Assembly: GCA_039630415.1 (NCBI GenBank)
Contig: JBCNVB010000013.1
Span: 174,492 to 238,491, forward strand
DNA from: a bacterium
Lineage (GTDB): Bacteria > DRYD01
Direction: 5' to 3'
Length of the DNA: 64,000 nt
The notes under the pieces are model-generated. The model had not been told where the DNA came from, ran no database searches, and saw only the letters and a list, made by a program, of their open reading frames with translations. The translations under genes were made by a program, and so were the position numbers. Positions 18,753 to 29,072 of this stretch are shown here, piece after piece (position 1 is the stretch's first letter; the number at the start of each line of letters is the position of its first letter).

Positions 18753-19789
18753 TGACCAAATGGTTATCAGGATACTACGAGGATAATATAATCTTTGCGG
18801 CTGAGATAATAAAGAAGGGTGGACTAGTAGCTTTCCCAACCGAAACAGTATATGGACTGGGAGCGAATGCTCTAGATAAAATAGCTGTTGCAAGAGTTTT
18901 TGAGGTCAAAGGTAGGCCAGATTTTGATCCTCTAATAGTTCACATAGCTTCAAAAGAGGATATATATCTTTATGCTGAAGGGGTTGAAAAAGAGGTAGAA
19001 AAGTTAATAGATCATTTTTGGCCTGGTCCTTTGACGATTGTATTACCCAAAAAAGATTCTATACCCTCGATAGTTACTGCTGGTTTAAGTACGGTGGCTA
19101 TAAGGATGCCAAAGAATCCAATTGCTCTTAAATTGATAAAATACTCGGGAGTTCCTATAGCAGCTCCGAGTGCAAATCCTTTTGGATATATTTCTCCCAC
19201 TTCAGCTTTTCAGGTGGCAGATACTCTGTATGGTAAAATAGATTGTATACTTGATGGGGGAAAATGTGAGTTTGGGCTAGAATCTACGGTATTAGCTTTT
19301 GACAATGGAGAGTTTTATCTTCTAAGGCCAGGAGCTTTGGATCTCGAAACCATAGAAAAGGTAATTTGTAAACCTATAAGACTTTATGATAGCGACAAAA
19401 TTCTTTCTCCTGGGCAGTCACCTAGACATTATAGCCCTAAGAAAAATACTATTCTCATATACCCACATCTGGATCATGAACAAATAGATTTTACGGAGAC
19501 TATCAAGAAGATCTATAATTACTTGACTGCTAATCAGATTGATTCAAAGGACTTATTTTTAATCTTACCATGTAAGAATTTTGATATTAATGAAAAGAGT
19601 TTTGGGATGGTGGATTACTTATCTGATGAGTTTGATTTAAAGACTATGGCATCAAACTTATTTGAAAAGCTATACTTAGCTGATAAATCTTCGCAGAATA
19701 CTATAATGATTATTGGCGTTCCTATGAAACATCTAGGCTTGTCAATAATGAATCGTTTAGAAAAAGCTTCTAATATCGTAATAAGATGA
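18752..19789 (+). CDS. sua5: L-threonylcarbamoyladenylate synthase (Sua5 type, TsaC plus SUA5 domain)
   Basis: AFPTETVYGL, KGRP..PLIVH, FWPGPLT, AAPSAN, LRPG, SPGQ..RHYSP and NRLEKA. Confidence 0.95.
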   Translation: MTKWLSGYYEDNIIFAAEIIKKGGLVAFPTETVYGLGANALDKIAVARVFEVKGRPDFDPLIVHIASKEDIYLYAEGVEKEVEKLIDHFWPGPLTIVLPKKDSIPSIVTAGLSTVAIRMPKNPIALKLIKYSGVPIAAPSANPFGYISPTSAFQVADTLYGKIDCILDGGKCEFGLESTVLAFDNGEFYLLRPGALDLETIEKVICKPIRLYDSDKILSPGQSPRHYSPKKNTILIYPHLDHEQIDFTETIKKIYNYLTANQIDSKDLFLILPCKNFDINEKSFGMVDYLSDEFDLKTMASNLFEKLYLADKSSQNTIMIIGVPMKHLGLSIMNRLEKASNIVIR

Positions 19790-21288
19790 ACTTTTTTATA
19801 TTTTTGTTGGTTTTAGTATTGATCTTGTTTCCTTGCATATCTGAAAATAAAAGTAATCAAAATCAAGAGAATGTAAAGTACATATATCATACGAGTGACA
19901 ATTTGTTTTATGATGCTAAAAGTAAGGTTGTAGAGTTAAAGGGAAATGTAAATATTTATTATTCTGATACGAAGGTAAGAAGTGACTTTTTTAGGTATTA
20001 TGAAGAGAGAAAGTACGGTATAGCAGAAGGAAATCCCAGATTATACAATCCTAGGGCATATATGAGAGCTGAATTTGTCGAACTATTTTTTGATAATAAA
20101 CAAGCTATTGCAAAAAATAACGTATATATAAAGCTTAAGAATGATAAAAAAGATAAGGATAAAAAATGGGAATATTTTGAAATATTTTGTAATGAGTTAG
20201 TGTATAATTGGGAGAAACAGAACATATTTATTCCAAATGGTGTGAAAATAGTTTCAAAGGATTTATACTTAACTGCAAATCAGTTAATATATAATGACAA
20301 AACCAGAATACTTATTTTGAAAGGAAATGTAAATGGAAAACAGAAGGATCAGTCAATCAGAGCTGAAAAGGTAACCTATGATCTAGACAAAGAATTCGTT
20401 AAAATAGAAGGTAATGTCAAGTCTGTAATAAGGGTTTCAGAATCTGTGCAAACTACAGATCAGAGGGATTCGGAAACATCTGAACAAAAACTCATACACT
20501 TACAAACTAAAGAAATATACGATAATGTTCTAAGAGAAAATAGAAGAATTGTGGATTACTTTATTAGTTCGATGGGAGGTATACCGAATATAGACATATA
20601 TCTGAACTATTATACTAGGGTTGAGGTGTATAAACATCAAACCGAATACCATTTTTACAATGTAGACTTAGCTAATAAACATTTTGTTTTTTTACCTTTT
20701 TATCCCAAGATTAGTCTGGAGTACAGCTATCCAGACAAATTTGTTGGGCTATATGTATACCCTGCTAATGACTTGTTTTTTGAAAATTACAAGGAATGCT
20801 TGGAATTTATAAAGGATAAGCTAGGTAGCGGTGTACATAGTGATAAGGGTATACTATTTACCAGTTTTGATGGATTTAAAATAGTCAATTTTGAGGAGCA
20901 GGATAAAGTTAATTTAAACAGAGAATTTTTGTACCATACTTATAACAAAGTTGCAGGATATTTTTTCGAATTCCCTAAAAATATCGAGTTTTTTGAAATT
21001 TTTAAGAGTAGCTCTTACTCAAGAGATAAGAATATATTTTTCATTTTAGGTAAGAATTTTTGGCAGAATATTTCGGATTATGAGAGGATTGTTTTTAATA
21101 AGTATGATTTTAATGTTAACATTTTACTTGATGTAAATCAAGTTGAAAGTTTCAATTACAATCCGGATGAGTACTATAAGTTTCTTTTTTGGAAGTCTTA
21201 TCTTTATGGTTGCAAAATTTATGTGAATAAGATGATTTATTCAAAAGTACCGTACTTTAGAATTCTTACAAGAGGAGATAAGGAATGA
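19786..21288 (+). CDS. LptA/OstA-type beta-jellyroll protein with uncharacterised C-terminal domain
   Basis: Signal peptide; repeated L.GNV, A.GNP and A....Y strands over the first ~215 aa; near lptF/G. Confidence 0.7.
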   Translation: MNFFIFLLVLVLILFPCISENKSNQNQENVKYIYHTSDNLFYDAKSKVVELKGNVNIYYSDTKVRSDFFRYYEERKYGIAEGNPRLYNPRAYMRAEFVELFFDNKQAIAKNNVYIKLKNDKKDKDKKWEYFEIFCNELVYNWEKQNIFIPNGVKIVSKDLYLTANQLIYNDKTRILILKGNVNGKQKDQSIRAEKVTYDLDKEFVKIEGNVKSVIRVSESVQTTDQRDSETSEQKLIHLQTKEIYDNVLRENRRIVDYFISSMGGIPNIDIYLNYYTRVEVYKHQTEYHFYNVDLANKHFVFLPFYPKISLEYSYPDKFVGLYVYPANDLFFENYKECLEFIKDKLGSGVHSDKGILFTSFDGFKIVNFEEQDKVNLNREFLYHTYNKVAGYFFEFPKNIEFFEIFKSSSYSRDKNIFFILGKNFWQNISDYERIVFNKYDFNVNILLDVNQVESFNYNPDEYYKFLFWKSYLYGCKIYVNKMIYSKVPYFRILTRGDKE

Positions 21289-22430
21289 GGGTTGGTATAG
21301 GGTTTACTTTTCCTGGATCAATTCATTTTGAAGGGAAGGAGATTTATCCATTAAGGATAGCTGGTGATACACTGCAGGCATATTGGTTAATAAAACATCT
21401 TATGGATGATGTTAGTTTTAGTTCTGTTTCTGAAAATAACGATATAAATCATCTGTTCTATTTTGATTTTTCATACTTTATCTCCTCAGTGGATATCAAG
21501 CTGGGATTAACTCCTAATTTTTTTAACTTTTTGTACTATAATCTTTTTGTAAGTGCTTCTTATTTTACGAGATTTTTTTCGAGATATTTCACTGGTTTAG
21601 CTTTCTTATTAAAAAAACTTAAGTTTTTTTTCAAAAATTACGATGCTATAAAAAATTTTAGTAGATGGTTTATTGAAAAACAAAAGATAAAGTACGTAAT
21701 TTTTAGCTCAGAATGGGAAAAATCTCAATTTGTAACATTTCTAAAGGATTTAGGTATACATGTTGAAAGACTTAATCTAATTGTTATGGATAATTTTATA
21801 GATTTTGAAGAGATAGATTATGCATTGGATGTTAGTTGGTCTTACTTGAAGATTATTAAAGATTTGCCAAAGGAGTATATACTCATACTTTCCAGGTTTG
21901 ATAGAGTCAAGAATATACATCCTTTTATTATTAGTTACTATAGGAATAGGATCAATAGGGATTTACCTGTAGTTATTGTTGGAACAATTCAGGATTATGA
22001 TGTGGATTACTATAAAACTCTTAAATCTTTTGAGGGAAAAGAGGTAAAGATCATAAACGTAAATAGTTTTCTTGATTTTGTGGAGGATAGTAGAAAAAGG
22101 TATCTTGTAACTAGAGCTATTAGTTTAGGATTAATAAAAAGTTGTTATGTAGTAACTATACCTTCATTGGTTGAGAGTTTTGGTTATGTAGGGATAGAGG
22201 GGTTGTATCTTGGTAAACCTGTTGTGGTTACCCAAAATAGTCCATATCCTGAAATTTTAGGTCAATATGTTAATAAATCTCTAAAACTTATTGACCCCCT
22301 TAGATTGGATTTGAACTATGATCTTTTCTGCTTTAGTGAATATATTTACATTGGTGACTATCTAAGGCAAAGGTTTGATGCAAAGCAAATTTGTAAGAAA
22401 TACCTAAAAATATGGCAGGATTGTAGATAG
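21285..22430 (+). CDS. Glycosyltransferase family 4 (GT-B)
   Basis: SRFDRVKN and PSLVESFGYVGIEGLYLGKPVV (EX7E). Confidence 0.85.
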   Translation: MRVGIGFTFPGSIHFEGKEIYPLRIAGDTLQAYWLIKHLMDDVSFSSVSENNDINHLFYFDFSYFISSVDIKLGLTPNFFNFLYYNLFVSASYFTRFFSRYFTGLAFLLKKLKFFFKNYDAIKNFSRWFIEKQKIKYVIFSSEWEKSQFVTFLKDLGIHVERLNLIVMDNFIDFEEIDYALDVSWSYLKIIKDLPKEYILILSRFDRVKNIHPFIISYYRNRINRDLPVVIVGTIQDYDVDYYKTLKSFEGKEVKIINVNSFLDFVEDSRKRYLVTRAISLGLIKSCYVVTIPSLVESFGYVGIEGLYLGKPVVVTQNSPYPEILGQYVNKSLKLIDPLRLDLNYDLFCFSEYIYIGDYLRQRFDAKQICKKYLKIWQDCR

Positions 22431-22435
22431 GTGAT

Positions 22436-23950
22436 ATGTACGAAATAAAAGATCTTCTGTTTAAACTTGTTTCAATACCGAGTATAAATGGAACAGAAGG
22501 GGAGGTTAAAATAGCTCACTTCATATACGAATATCTTCTTGAGTGTAAGAAGAGCTATAACTTATATGATCAGGATCTATCTGTATTTTTCCAGCCAATT
22601 AAGCAAGATACTCTTGGAAGGAAGAACGTAATTGCGGTTATAAAGGGTAGAAAAAGTGAATCTAATAAGTGCATAGTTTTTCTGGGGCACTTTGATACAG
22701 TAGATATTGAGGATTATGGTAATATCAAACAATTTGCTTTTGATCCCATAAAGTTAAAAAGTAAGCTAAAGGAGATTTTACAAGAAAAGGGGTTGGAGTT
22801 TGAAGGATTTGAGTTTGGAAGAGGGATTTTTGATATGAAGGGAGGAATAGCGGTAAATATACAAGTACTAAACTATTTGGCTCAAAATATTGAGAATTTT
22901 TCAGGTTACGTTATTTTTTTATTTGTTTGTGATGAGGAAGGAGATTCTAAGGGTATGATTAATGCCCTAGAGTTTCTTAGGAATTTTCAGAAAGACAGAG
23001 GTTTGGAATTCATTTTTTGCATCAACACTGACTATAGTGTTGGAAAGAAAGTATATCTAGGAAGCATAGGTAAAGTTTTAGTTGGTATACTTGTAAGAGG
23101 AATTGAAACTCATGTAGGGCAATCATTAGAAGGTATAAATCCAAACTACATTCTGTCTTGTATTCTGTCGAATGTTGAAAACAATACTGATCTAATTGAG
23201 TTTTTTGAAAATGAATTTACTAGTCCTCCAGTAGTAATGAAAGTAAGAGATATGAGAGAAAGTTACAATGTGAAAACTAACCTGTATGCATTTGCATATG
23301 TAAATCATTTGTTTTTTCAACGGGATTTTTCGTATATTCTGGGTTTATACAAAAGTATTGCAAAACAAACTGTTGAGAATATTATTGAAACAAGAATGAA
23401 ATTAATTGAGAAATTGGGATTAGAATATCATATATCTACTATACCGGTTTACACTCTGCAAGAATTTTGTAGGATTTATGGTAAAAAGTTTAAAGTTGAA
23501 GAAAGTTTTGTGATTGATGGGAAATATCAAGACTATAGGGAAGGTCTTATTTATTTATTAAAGGATTGGATTGATAATTTGGGGGTTAATTATCCGTTAG
23601 TGTTGTTGTTCTATCTTCCACCATTTTATCCGAGTGTTAGAACTGATTTGGCTTTAAGAAAGCTTATACAAAGCTATTTTCAGAACTTGAATGATGAAAT
23701 AGAAATTAGATATTACTTCCCTTACATATCTGATTTGAGCTTTTTGGGACAGATAGGGGATTATGATTATCTAGAGGATAATATGGTGGGTAATTGTATA
23801 GATTTGAAGGATAAGATAAGTATGCCGTGTATAAATTGGGGTGTAACAGGATTTGATGCTCATAAATTTACTGAGAGGATTGAGATAGAGTATTCGCTTT
23901 ATAAATTGCCTAGGTATTTATATGAATTCGTTCTGCAATTTTTATGTTGA
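22436..23950 (+). CDS. M20-family metallohydrolase, RocB-like
   Basis: GHFDTV, GRGIFDMKGG, DEEGDSKG, ETHVG, PYISDLS and AHKFTER. Confidence 0.85.
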   Translation: MYEIKDLLFKLVSIPSINGTEGEVKIAHFIYEYLLECKKSYNLYDQDLSVFFQPIKQDTLGRKNVIAVIKGRKSESNKCIVFLGHFDTVDIEDYGNIKQFAFDPIKLKSKLKEILQEKGLEFEGFEFGRGIFDMKGGIAVNIQVLNYLAQNIENFSGYVIFLFVCDEEGDSKGMINALEFLRNFQKDRGLEFIFCINTDYSVGKKVYLGSIGKVLVGILVRGIETHVGQSLEGINPNYILSCILSNVENNTDLIEFFENEFTSPPVVMKVRDMRESYNVKTNLYAFAYVNHLFFQRDFSYILGLYKSIAKQTVENIIETRMKLIEKLGLEYHISTIPVYTLQEFCRIYGKKFKVEESFVIDGKYQDYREGLIYLLKDWIDNLGVNYPLVLLFYLPPFYPSVRTDLALRKLIQSYFQNLNDEIEIRYYFPYISDLSFLGQIGDYDYLEDNMVGNCIDLKDKISMPCINWGVTGFDAHKFTERIEIEYSLYKLPRYLYEFVLQFLC

Positions 23951-25023
23951 ATCTCGTTTTGTATAAGTATTTAATAGGTGAGATGGTAAAGCCGTTTTTC
24001 ATAGGTCTTATTGGTTTTATTATCTTTATGATAAGTGAGACAATGTTTATATTGGTTGATCATGTGATTAGTAGAGGTGTTGATATTGTAAGTGTTACAA
24101 AAATTTTGGTTTATAGAATACCTGCTTTTTGTGTGGTTGCTATACCTGTAGCTAATTTGTTTGCTGTTATAAACGCGGTTACTAAACTAGAATCTAGTTT
24201 TGAAATTACGTCTATGAGAATATTGGGGATTAGATTTTTTTTCATTATTCTTCCTTTTTTGTTTGTTGCTGTTTTTATGACTTTTGTAAGTTTTTTTCTG
24301 AATGAGAGTATAGTACCTGTGAGTATGAAGGTTTCGGAGCGGATAATAAAAGAAAAGATTATAGGTAGTGGTATATCTTTTATTAATTCTGATGTTTTTT
24401 TTAAAATGCCCAATGGGGAGATTGTTATAGTTAGGCAGGTTGATAGAAAAAACAAAGTTTTGATCAATGTTATGGTATCTGACATTAGGTTGGGTACTTT
24501 TGGTAGGATTATAACAGCTAAAAAAGGGTATGTTAAGAATTTAGTTTTGATCCTAGAAGACGGATTTTTGATTGATTTTTCTAATCGAGGATTTGTAAAA
24601 GCACAGGTTAAATTTAGAACGATTCAGATACCCTTTAGGATGTCTTTTGAGGAAATAATAAAGGAATTTAAGAATCCCTGGGAAATGAGTTATGATGAGC
24701 TAAAGAAAGAAGTAGACAATAGGGAAAGATTGGGTTGGAGGGATAATTTTCTAAAGACTCAATTATATTTGAAGTTTAGTTTACCTATTTCTTGTATTAT
24801 AGTAGTTTTATTATCTTTTCCTTTAGCTGTTATTTTTGCGAATAAGGGAAGATTTATTGGTTTACTTATAAGTGTTTTGTTAATATTTGCGTATTATACG
24901 TTGTTTTCTTTTTTTGTTGCTTTGGGTAAGAATAATTTGCTTGATCCTTTTTTAGCGGCTTTCGGAGCTAATATGGTTATGTTGACTGCTGGTATTATTT
25001 TGGTATACATTGTAGAAAGATGA
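23944..25023 (+). CDS. LPS export permease LptF/LptG family
   Basis: 3 TM plus periplasmic domain plus 3 TM; EITSMRILGI and KFSLPISC. Confidence 0.88.
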   Translation: MLNLVLYKYLIGEMVKPFFIGLIGFIIFMISETMFILVDHVISRGVDIVSVTKILVYRIPAFCVVAIPVANLFAVINAVTKLESSFEITSMRILGIRFFFIILPFLFVAVFMTFVSFFLNESIVPVSMKVSERIIKEKIIGSGISFINSDVFFKMPNGEIVIVRQVDRKNKVLINVMVSDIRLGTFGRIITAKKGYVKNLVLILEDGFLIDFSNRGFVKAQVKFRTIQIPFRMSFEEIIKEFKNPWEMSYDELKKEVDNRERLGWRDNFLKTQLYLKFSLPISCIIVVLLSFPLAVIFANKGRFIGLLISVLLIFAYYTLFSFFVALGKNNLLDPFLAAFGANMVMLTAGIILVYIVER

Positions 25024-26117
25024 ATATAGTGGTTAAGCTAAGTGTCCTTACAAGGTATGTCTTTGTGAATTTCATAGAATCATTTTTGATAGGTTTCATA
25101 ATTTTTAACTTTATAATAATACTAACTTCGCAACTTTATCAAGTTATAAAGTGGTTAGTTGATGGTGTTTACGGTTTATTTGATGTTTTGAAATATCTTT
25201 TATTTATATCTCCGATATATTTGAATTATGTTATACCTGTTTCTGTGGTATTTGCTGTTGTTAGTTGTATAGGTAAGCTTAGTAGTAACTTTGAGATTAT
25301 TGCTATAAATAGTTTTGGTATTTCTACTATGATTATATTTAGGAGGATTGTTATTTTGGGGTTTTTAATTAGTCTAGTGCATTTTATTTTTAACGAGTTT
25401 TGGGCTTATAGATTTATATCCATTGGGTTGGATATGTACTACTCTGCTTCTAAAGATTTCAAAGGTGTTATTAAAAACTTTTCTCATATTTCTCAAGGTA
25501 AGGATAGTGTAAGTTATTTGTGGGCTGAGGAATACATAGGGGATATAGAACTAATGAAAGGTGTTTTTATTGTAGTAAAAGATAAAATATCGAAATTGAT
25601 AAAAAAAAATATAGTTTCAGAGATAGCAAAAAAGAAAACAGACAATGTATGGGTTCTGTATAATGTTGTGATATATGACTATATTAGGGGTACCAAGATT
25701 TCGATCATGAATATTGAATATACTTTTGAGTTTTTGAACGATAAAAAAAGGAAAAAGCATAGAGAAGAGATGAATGTATTTAGTTTATATTCTATGGCTA
25801 AGGAGTATGAAAAAGCGGGATTTAAGGATCTTGCCTTTGATATGTATGTTAAGCTGAATTTGAAATTTATTTTTCCGTTTAGTGGATTTTTTTTATTGTT
25901 TTTGGTATTTCCTTTTTCTTTAACAAAGGTTAGAGTTAGTAATTTTCTGGGGATAGTTTTATCTATATCTGTTGCTATTGGATATTATGTTTTGCTAACC
26001 TTTTTTCAATTACTGTGTACTAAAACTGGTGTTTTAATATTTTTGTGGTTTCCTAATTTTTTATCTACCTTTTTAGGAGGAATTTTAATTTTTATGAAAA
26101 ATATACATTACGAGTAA
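25020..26117 (+). CDS. LPS export permease LptF/LptG family
   Basis: Same topology; LSSNFEIIAINSFGIS and WFPN. Confidence 0.85.
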   Translation: MNIVVKLSVLTRYVFVNFIESFLIGFIIFNFIIILTSQLYQVIKWLVDGVYGLFDVLKYLLFISPIYLNYVIPVSVVFAVVSCIGKLSSNFEIIAINSFGISTMIIFRRIVILGFLISLVHFIFNEFWAYRFISIGLDMYYSASKDFKGVIKNFSHISQGKDSVSYLWAEEYIGDIELMKGVFIVVKDKISKLIKKNIVSEIAKKKTDNVWVLYNVVIYDYIRGTKISIMNIEYTFEFLNDKKRKKHREEMNVFSLYSMAKEYEKAGFKDLAFDMYVKLNLKFIFPFSGFFLLFLVFPFSLTKVRVSNFLGIVLSISVAIGYYVLLTFFQLLCTKTGVLIFLWFPNFLSTFLGGILIFMKNIHYE

Positions 26118-26131
26118 CTAATGGAGTTCAG

Positions 26132-27202
26132 TTGATAAATATGTTGAGTTTTCTGGGTAGTAAAGAAATATACGTGGGATTGGATGTAGGTAGTTACTTT
26201 CTAAAAATTGTTGTTGCAGATTCTAATTGGCAAGATATGAAAAATTTGAAATCATGTAGGGTTGATTGGTTTACCAAAGTACCTGTGCAAAACATAACTG
26301 ATAAGGAGGAAATAAGTGCTCGGTTGTCTGAAATATTTTCTGCTTATAAAGCTCAAAAAAAGGTAATTAAGGTCATAGGTTGTATTTCAAGTCCAAATGT
26401 GATAGTAAGGACTATAGAAGTTCCTAAGAAGACAAATATGGATAAAGAGGGTGCAGAAATAGCTAGAAACTATATACCCTACAAAATAGAGGAAGCCAGA
26501 TATATTTTTTACACCCTTAATGAAGATATTCCCGATTCACCAGATAAAAAAGAGGTTTTGATAGTTTCATTCTTGTTGGAAGATGTTATTGCAATGAATG
26601 ATATTTTAGCTGCTGCTGGTTTAGAGAAGGTTGCTGTAGAATTCGATGAGTTGGGTGTTTGGAGATTATTAGAGGGAACCAATTATCAAAACTTTAGGAA
26701 CCAAAATAATATTGTGGTTGATTTGGGATATTCTATTACAAAAATAATGGTTTTTAACAACGGGAAATTAAAACAAATGAGAAACTTGAGGATAGGGGGA
26801 GAAGAAATAAGAAAGAGAATAATTGAAAAAACAGGAAGTTCTGATTTTACTGAAGATCAGTTTGAAAGAATATCTTTCAATGATCCAAGATTTGCTCCTA
26901 TAATTTCAAGGGGATTTGAAGCTATTACAAAAGAGATTAAGAGAACCTTAATTGCCTATAAAGGAAAACTTGAGTTTTCAAATGTATACATTATAGGTGG
27001 AATGTCTTACATTGAAGGTATTGCTGATTATTTTTCAAGGGAAACATCACTTAATGTCAGTAGTATTGATTTATCTAAGTTGTCGAATATAATAAAGATA
27101 GATAGGAAGATAGAGAGTGACTTTAAGAAGCAAATAGGTATATATATAAATGCTTTGGGGCTTGCTCTTGGACATGGACAGCAGAAATTCGTAAGAAGAT
27201 AG
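26132..27202 (+). CDS. pilM: Type IV pilus assembly protein PilM
   Basis: GLDVGS..LK, VDLGYSIT, IGG, GGMS and ALGLAL actin-like motifs; first gene of a cluster ending in a secretin. Confidence 0.9.
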   Translation: MINMLSFLGSKEIYVGLDVGSYFLKIVVADSNWQDMKNLKSCRVDWFTKVPVQNITDKEEISARLSEIFSAYKAQKKVIKVIGCISSPNVIVRTIEVPKKTNMDKEGAEIARNYIPYKIEEARYIFYTLNEDIPDSPDKKEVLIVSFLLEDVIAMNDILAAAGLEKVAVEFDELGVWRLLEGTNYQNFRNQNNIVVDLGYSITKIMVFNNGKLKQMRNLRIGGEEIRKRIIEKTGSSDFTEDQFERISFNDPRFAPIISRGFEAITKEIKRTLIAYKGKLEFSNVYIIGGMSYIEGIADYFSRETSLNVSSIDLSKLSNIIKIDRKIESDFKKQIGIYINALGLALGHGQQKFVRR

Positions 27203-27224
27203 ATAAGTATTAGGAGGTGTTAGA

Positions 27225-27818
27225 ATGGGAATTGTTATAGTTGATCAAGAAAAAACTATAAACTGGGCTAAGGAGATAATTATAGTAATTATTATCTTGG
27301 TTATGATAGGAATTGCTTATATTGTTCCATACTTCATGGCTCAGGAAAAGATAGCATCAATAAAAGCTATTAAAGAAAAAGTTGAAAAATATGTGCAAGA
27401 ATCGAGAAACTTTCAAAATCAACTACCAGCTATGGAAAACAGTATAAAGAATATTCAGATAATTAATAATGAGCTAAATACTCTAAGGTTAATATTCAAT
27501 GAATCGGTTCTTCAGAGGTTTATCATAGTGGAATTACCTCATATTTTGCCTCCTGAAGCGTGGATGACAAATTTAACAATTAACTTTGATGCAAAAACTG
27601 CTTCATTTAGTGTTAATATAGTAGGTACTAGAGATAAGGTTCTAAAGAATTCTGCTCAGCTTCTTGATAATATCAATAACAGTATAGTCTTCAAAAATCC
27701 CAAAGTTACAGGTATAAACATTCAGGAACAGGATAGAGAGGTTGTATCCAATTTCAACGTAGAGCTAAATTTTGAGTATTCAATAGATATTATGGAAAGC
27801 TACTATAAAAAGAGATAA
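27225..27818 (+). CDS. pilN: Type IV pilus assembly protein PilN-like
   Basis: TM plus coiled coil plus LP..AWMT ferredoxin-like domain; position after pilM. Confidence 0.75.
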   Translation: MGIVIVDQEKTINWAKEIIIVIIILVMIGIAYIVPYFMAQEKIASIKAIKEKVEKYVQESRNFQNQLPAMENSIKNIQIINNELNTLRLIFNESVLQRFIIVELPHILPPEAWMTNLTINFDAKTASFSVNIVGTRDKVLKNSAQLLDNINNSIVFKNPKVTGINIQEQDREVVSNFNVELNFEYSIDIMESYYKKR

Positions 27819-27831
27819 GGAGGGGTAGTCA

Positions 27832-28446
27832 ATGAATGCATTTGATTTAATTAAATTTTTGATTGGTATAGTAGCAGCAATAGGTGTATTTTTCTTGAGC
27901 TGGAGGTTTAATTATGATCCTTTAATTCAGAAGGAAAATGCTTGGAAGGAGGAGCTAAAGAAAGCCCAGGAATTGTATGATATGACTATAAAAGTAAGGA
28001 ATGACTATGAAAAATATCAAAAGATAGCTGAAGAATACGAAAAGCTTAAAGAACAGTTTTTCCCTTCCATGAAGGAAGGAACGAATGAAATGTTTATGTC
28101 TACAATCCTCAAAAGCTTGGAAGAAATAGTAACACGTGTAAGAAATGAATCTAAAGATAAAGACTTTAAGTTGAATAATATAAGTTTTGGAACAATATCG
28201 AATAGAAGTATAGGTTCTGGTGAAGAAGGTGAAGGTATAGCAGTTAGAAGTACTGAGATAACAATGAGTTTAAGTGGTAAATATGCTACTGTAGTAAGAT
28301 TCATAAAGGCTTTATCTGATATTAATAAGATAGGAGCTCTGATTAGGATAAAGAATATATCTTTCTCTCCTACTTCGAGAGAAGTTGGTAAATCACCTGT
28401 AAGTTCTATAAGTATCACGCTTGAAATGTTACAGATTATAAGATAA
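27832..28446 (+). CDS. pilO: Type IV pilus assembly protein PilO-like
   Basis: TM plus coiled coil, SGKY..VVRFI..L motif; position. Confidence 0.8.
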   Translation: MNAFDLIKFLIGIVAAIGVFFLSWRFNYDPLIQKENAWKEELKKAQELYDMTIKVRNDYEKYQKIAEEYEKLKEQFFPSMKEGTNEMFMSTILKSLEEIVTRVRNESKDKDFKLNNISFGTISNRSIGSGEEGEGIAVRSTEITMSLSGKYATVVRFIKALSDINKIGALIRIKNISFSPTSREVGKSPVSSISITLEMLQIIR

Positions 28447-28465
28447 AATGGGGGTGTGATGAATT

Positions 28466-29059
28466 ATGAAATTTTATACTAAAGTATTGGTTAGCTTAGC
28501 TTTAATGGGTTTAGTATTAAGTGGGTGTACAACTGACCAAATGTCGGCTATAGAGTCCCCCGGTGACTTAACAAAAGAGATAAAAATAGATACTTCTAAA
28601 TTAGGTACTCCTATACCGGATGTTGAGGAGGTAAGGAAAAAACTTGCTTCAAAACCTAACATACCTGAAAAAAGGGAAACAGTTGATTTAAAAGATCCTT
28701 TTATCTTAAAATCCTTAAAAGCTCTAGCTCTTCAAACTAAAGAAAAGAAGAAAGAAGAGGCAACTGAAGGAAAGGTGGAAGAAAAGATAGAAGATCCAGA
28801 ACAAGCTCAAGTTCAAAAAGATAAGGCTAGTGATTCTATAAACATAGCAGAAGAGTCACCTATGATGTTTAACTTTGAAGGAGTATCGGTATATGCTGAT
28901 CAAAGAAGAGCAATTTTAAGACATCTAGAAAACAATAGAACCTACATAGTTAAAAAAGGTGACATAGTTGGGGGATATACCATCACTGATATAACTGATG
29001 ATAGTCTAATTTTAGTTAAGGGAATGGAAAAATTAGTAATAACCAAAAAGAAAAAGTAG
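28466..29059 (+). CDS. pilP: PilP-like lipoprotein
   Basis: Lipobox LSGC, KDPF, and YIVKKGD.VG...I..I C-terminal domain; lies between pilO and the secretin. Confidence 0.75.
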   Translation: MKFYTKVLVSLALMGLVLSGCTTDQMSAIESPGDLTKEIKIDTSKLGTPIPDVEEVRKKLASKPNIPEKRETVDLKDPFILKSLKALALQTKEKKKEEATEGKVEEKIEDPEQAQVQKDKASDSINIAEESPMMFNFEGVSVYADQRRAILRHLENNRTYIVKKGDIVGGYTITDITDDSLILVKGMEKLVITKKKK

Positions 29060-29072
29060 GAGGTGAAATTAA

